Below are positions 61,601 to 64,000 of a stretch of DNA of 64,000 nucleotides, piece after piece. The position numbers and the translations under genes were made by a program. The notes beneath the pieces were generated by a model that was not told the origin of the DNA, searched no databases, and saw nothing but the letters and a program-made list of their open reading frames with translations. The stretch comes from Balanoglossus misakiensis. Taxonomy: Eukaryota > Animalia > Hemichordata. The stretch lies in NCBI GenBank assembly GCA_040954595.2, contig CM082578.2, positions 89,640-153,639 of the forward strand, read 5' to 3'. Numbering within the stretch: the stretch's first letter is position 1; each line of letters starts with the position of its first letter.

Positions 61601-64000
61601 TTTCCTTCGGCCTGGCTCTGCAAAAGACCCGACACTCTAGTACAAAGACGTTGGCTAAGTCGGGCAAACCGAAGAGGGAAAGTCACAGCGGGTCAACACT
61701 CGACATTTGGTCGGGTAGGACTGCATTATTGCCTGTCAATTTATAGAGAAAGCCCGAATTTAACCAGGGCGTTCCAAACACCGACGTTAGTTGGGGGCAC
61801 GGCCTGCAGTACTGCCGGGTAAGCTGACATCGGCGTACCGCATATAATGTAAGGGGGGGGGGGGACAGAACGGTTCAATACTACATTTATTAGATATCAG
61901 CTAATTTTGGACAATCATCTAAAATCTAAATCATTTTTTCATATTTGGATATCTGATGATGTATGAAATTTCCATTATATGTAAAAATGGTGCTTATTAT
62001 AAAACATGCACTCTGAATGAACTGATTTAATACAAGATTGCGTTTTATTCGTTTTTGCACCAAAAAGGTCATTTTTAGGCAAAACATTCTTTATATTTTT
62101 AATTCGGTGACCTGATCATATATAAACAATTGCTTGTATGTTAAAAGTTTTTATGACTTTTAAAAGCAGTGACACTGGCGGCATTCATCACGAAAATAAC
62201 AATTTTAGCCACAATTTGGTCAAAATGGTAAATTTTTGAAAATTACAAAAAATACCTGTTTTCTACATTTTCGGAAATCTGATGGAGTATAGAATGCTCT
62301 TCGTATGTACATATCGATACAAATTCCACAAAAGACCGTCTAATTTGGCTCACTGCAGACAAAATTGCGTTTTTACCAAATTTTCCTTGAAAATGTCATT
62401 TTTAGAAAAAAAAATAAAAAAACCTTTGTTCTTCGAATTTGGTGCCCTGATCATATATGACATGTTGATTGTATGTTAAAACTCTCGACCACTCCAAAAA
62501 TGCAGAGATATTGACGGAATTCAAGAAAAATAGCCATTTTGGCCATATTTTGACAAAAATGGTAAATTTTTGAAAAATCATAAAAAATTAACTCTTTTCT
62601 TCATTTTCGGAAATATTATGGAGCATGAAGTGTCGTTCTCTTGCAAAAAGTGCTGCAAATTCCAGAAAAGGCGGTATAATTTGAATCACCCAAGACAAAA
62701 TTACCATTTTCAACTTTTTTTTCGAAAAATTGTCTTTTTTTACAAAATAAATAAGAATAAATTCTTTTCTTAGTTTCAAACGGGTAGAGATACTTTCCAC
62801 ACGGGTTTTCTAACATTGAATTCCCGTTCATCAACTCAGATTTCCTACAGCATAAGTCGGCTAAAACCCTGACACTCTAGAGCAGAAACAGTTGCACACT
62901 GGTAACGTTGAACAAGTCGATTTTTCTACGACCTGGCTCGGCTAAATCTCCGTCACAATATGACAGACACTAGCGTACGTTAGCAACGGTGATCAAGTCA
63001 GATTTTCTACGGCATGGCTTGGATAAAGCCCCGGCACTCTAGAGCAGAAACACGCGTACAGAGACCACGTTGATCAAGTCTGATCTCCTACGGCTTGGCT
63101 CGACTAAAACCCCGGCACACTATGACAGACACTAGCGTTCGTTAGCAACTTTGATCAAGTCAGATTTCCTACGGCATGGCTTAACTAAAGCCCTGGCACT
63201 CTAGAGCAGAAACACGCGTACAGAGACCACGTTGATCTTCTCACATTTCCTTCGGCCTGGCACGGCTGATGCCCCGGCACTATATATAGGACACAGACTG
63301 GCGTAAGTTAACAACGGTAATCACGTCGGGTTTTCTTACGGCCTGGCTCAGCTGAAGCCCCGGCACTCTAGAGCAGAAACAGGCGTACATTGACCACGTT
63401 GATCAAGTCAGATTTCCTACGGCGTGACTCGGCTGGTGCACCGGCTCTATATGACACATACTGGCGTAAGTTATCAACGGTGATTACGTCGGATTTCCTA
63501 CGGCCTGGTTTAGCTGAAGCCCCGGCACTTTAGAGCGGAAACACGCGTACATTGACCACGATGATCAAGTCAGATCTCCTACGGCCTGGCTCGACTAAAA
63601 CCCCGGCACACCATGACAGACACTAGCGTTCGTTAGCAACGGTGATCAAGTCGGATTTCCTTCGGCCTGGCTCTGTAAAAGACCCGACACTCTAGTACAA
63701 AGACGTTGGCTAAGTCGGGCAAACCGAACAGGGAAAGTCACAGCGGGTCAACACTCGACATTTGTTCCGGTAGGACTGCATTATTGCCTGTCAATTTATA
63801 GAGAAAGCCCGAATTTAACCAGGGCGTTTCAAACACCGACGTTAGTTGGGGGCACGGCCTGCAGTACTGCCGGGTAAGCTGACATCAGCGTACCGCATAT
63901 AATGTAGGGGGGGGGGACAGAACGGTTAAATACTACATTTATCAGATATCAGCTAATTTTGGACAATCATCTAAAATGTAAATCATCTTTTCATATTTGG
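58650..64000. repeat. Continuation of the ~2.05-kb tandem array (~2.6 units, runs off window)
   Basis: Resumes in register at AATAAATTCTTTTCTTAG. Poly-G at ~59800, 61853 and 63907. Confidence 0.98.

Overview
Eukaryotic (animal-like) repeat-rich DNA with no ordinary host gene. (1) 1-6322: a 5'-truncated, integrase-deleted BEL/Pao LTR retrotransposon arranged as a near-perfect fold-back inverted duplication (arms 1-2647 and 3306-5926, 658-bp spacer). It ends in a PPT and a 387-bp LTR that joins directly to (2) a tandem array of a ~2.05-kb composite unit (6323-38077 and 58650-64000). Each unit is a GC/CpG-rich block of 81-bp subrepeats, a poly-G run and an AT-rich ~335-bp dimer, and unit variants recur in a higher-order order. 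(3) A 20.6-kb Helentron (Helitron2-type rolling-circle transposon, 38078-58649) is inserted into one unit without a target-site duplication. It encodes an intact 2373-aa OTU-Zn finger-HUH Rep-PIF1 helicase-AP endonuclease protein. (4) Two ~1.74-kb non-autonomous relatives are nested Russian-doll style, each 53-59 bp inside the hairpin end of the previous element, with co-varying sub-terminal inverted repeats. The Helentron also carries a PIF/Harbinger MITE, a perfect 40-bp-stem palindrome, a likely spliced 5' leader and a decayed duplicate of its endonuclease domain. Most short ORFs in the track are shadows of repeats. All comparisons were made by eye; no database searches were run.
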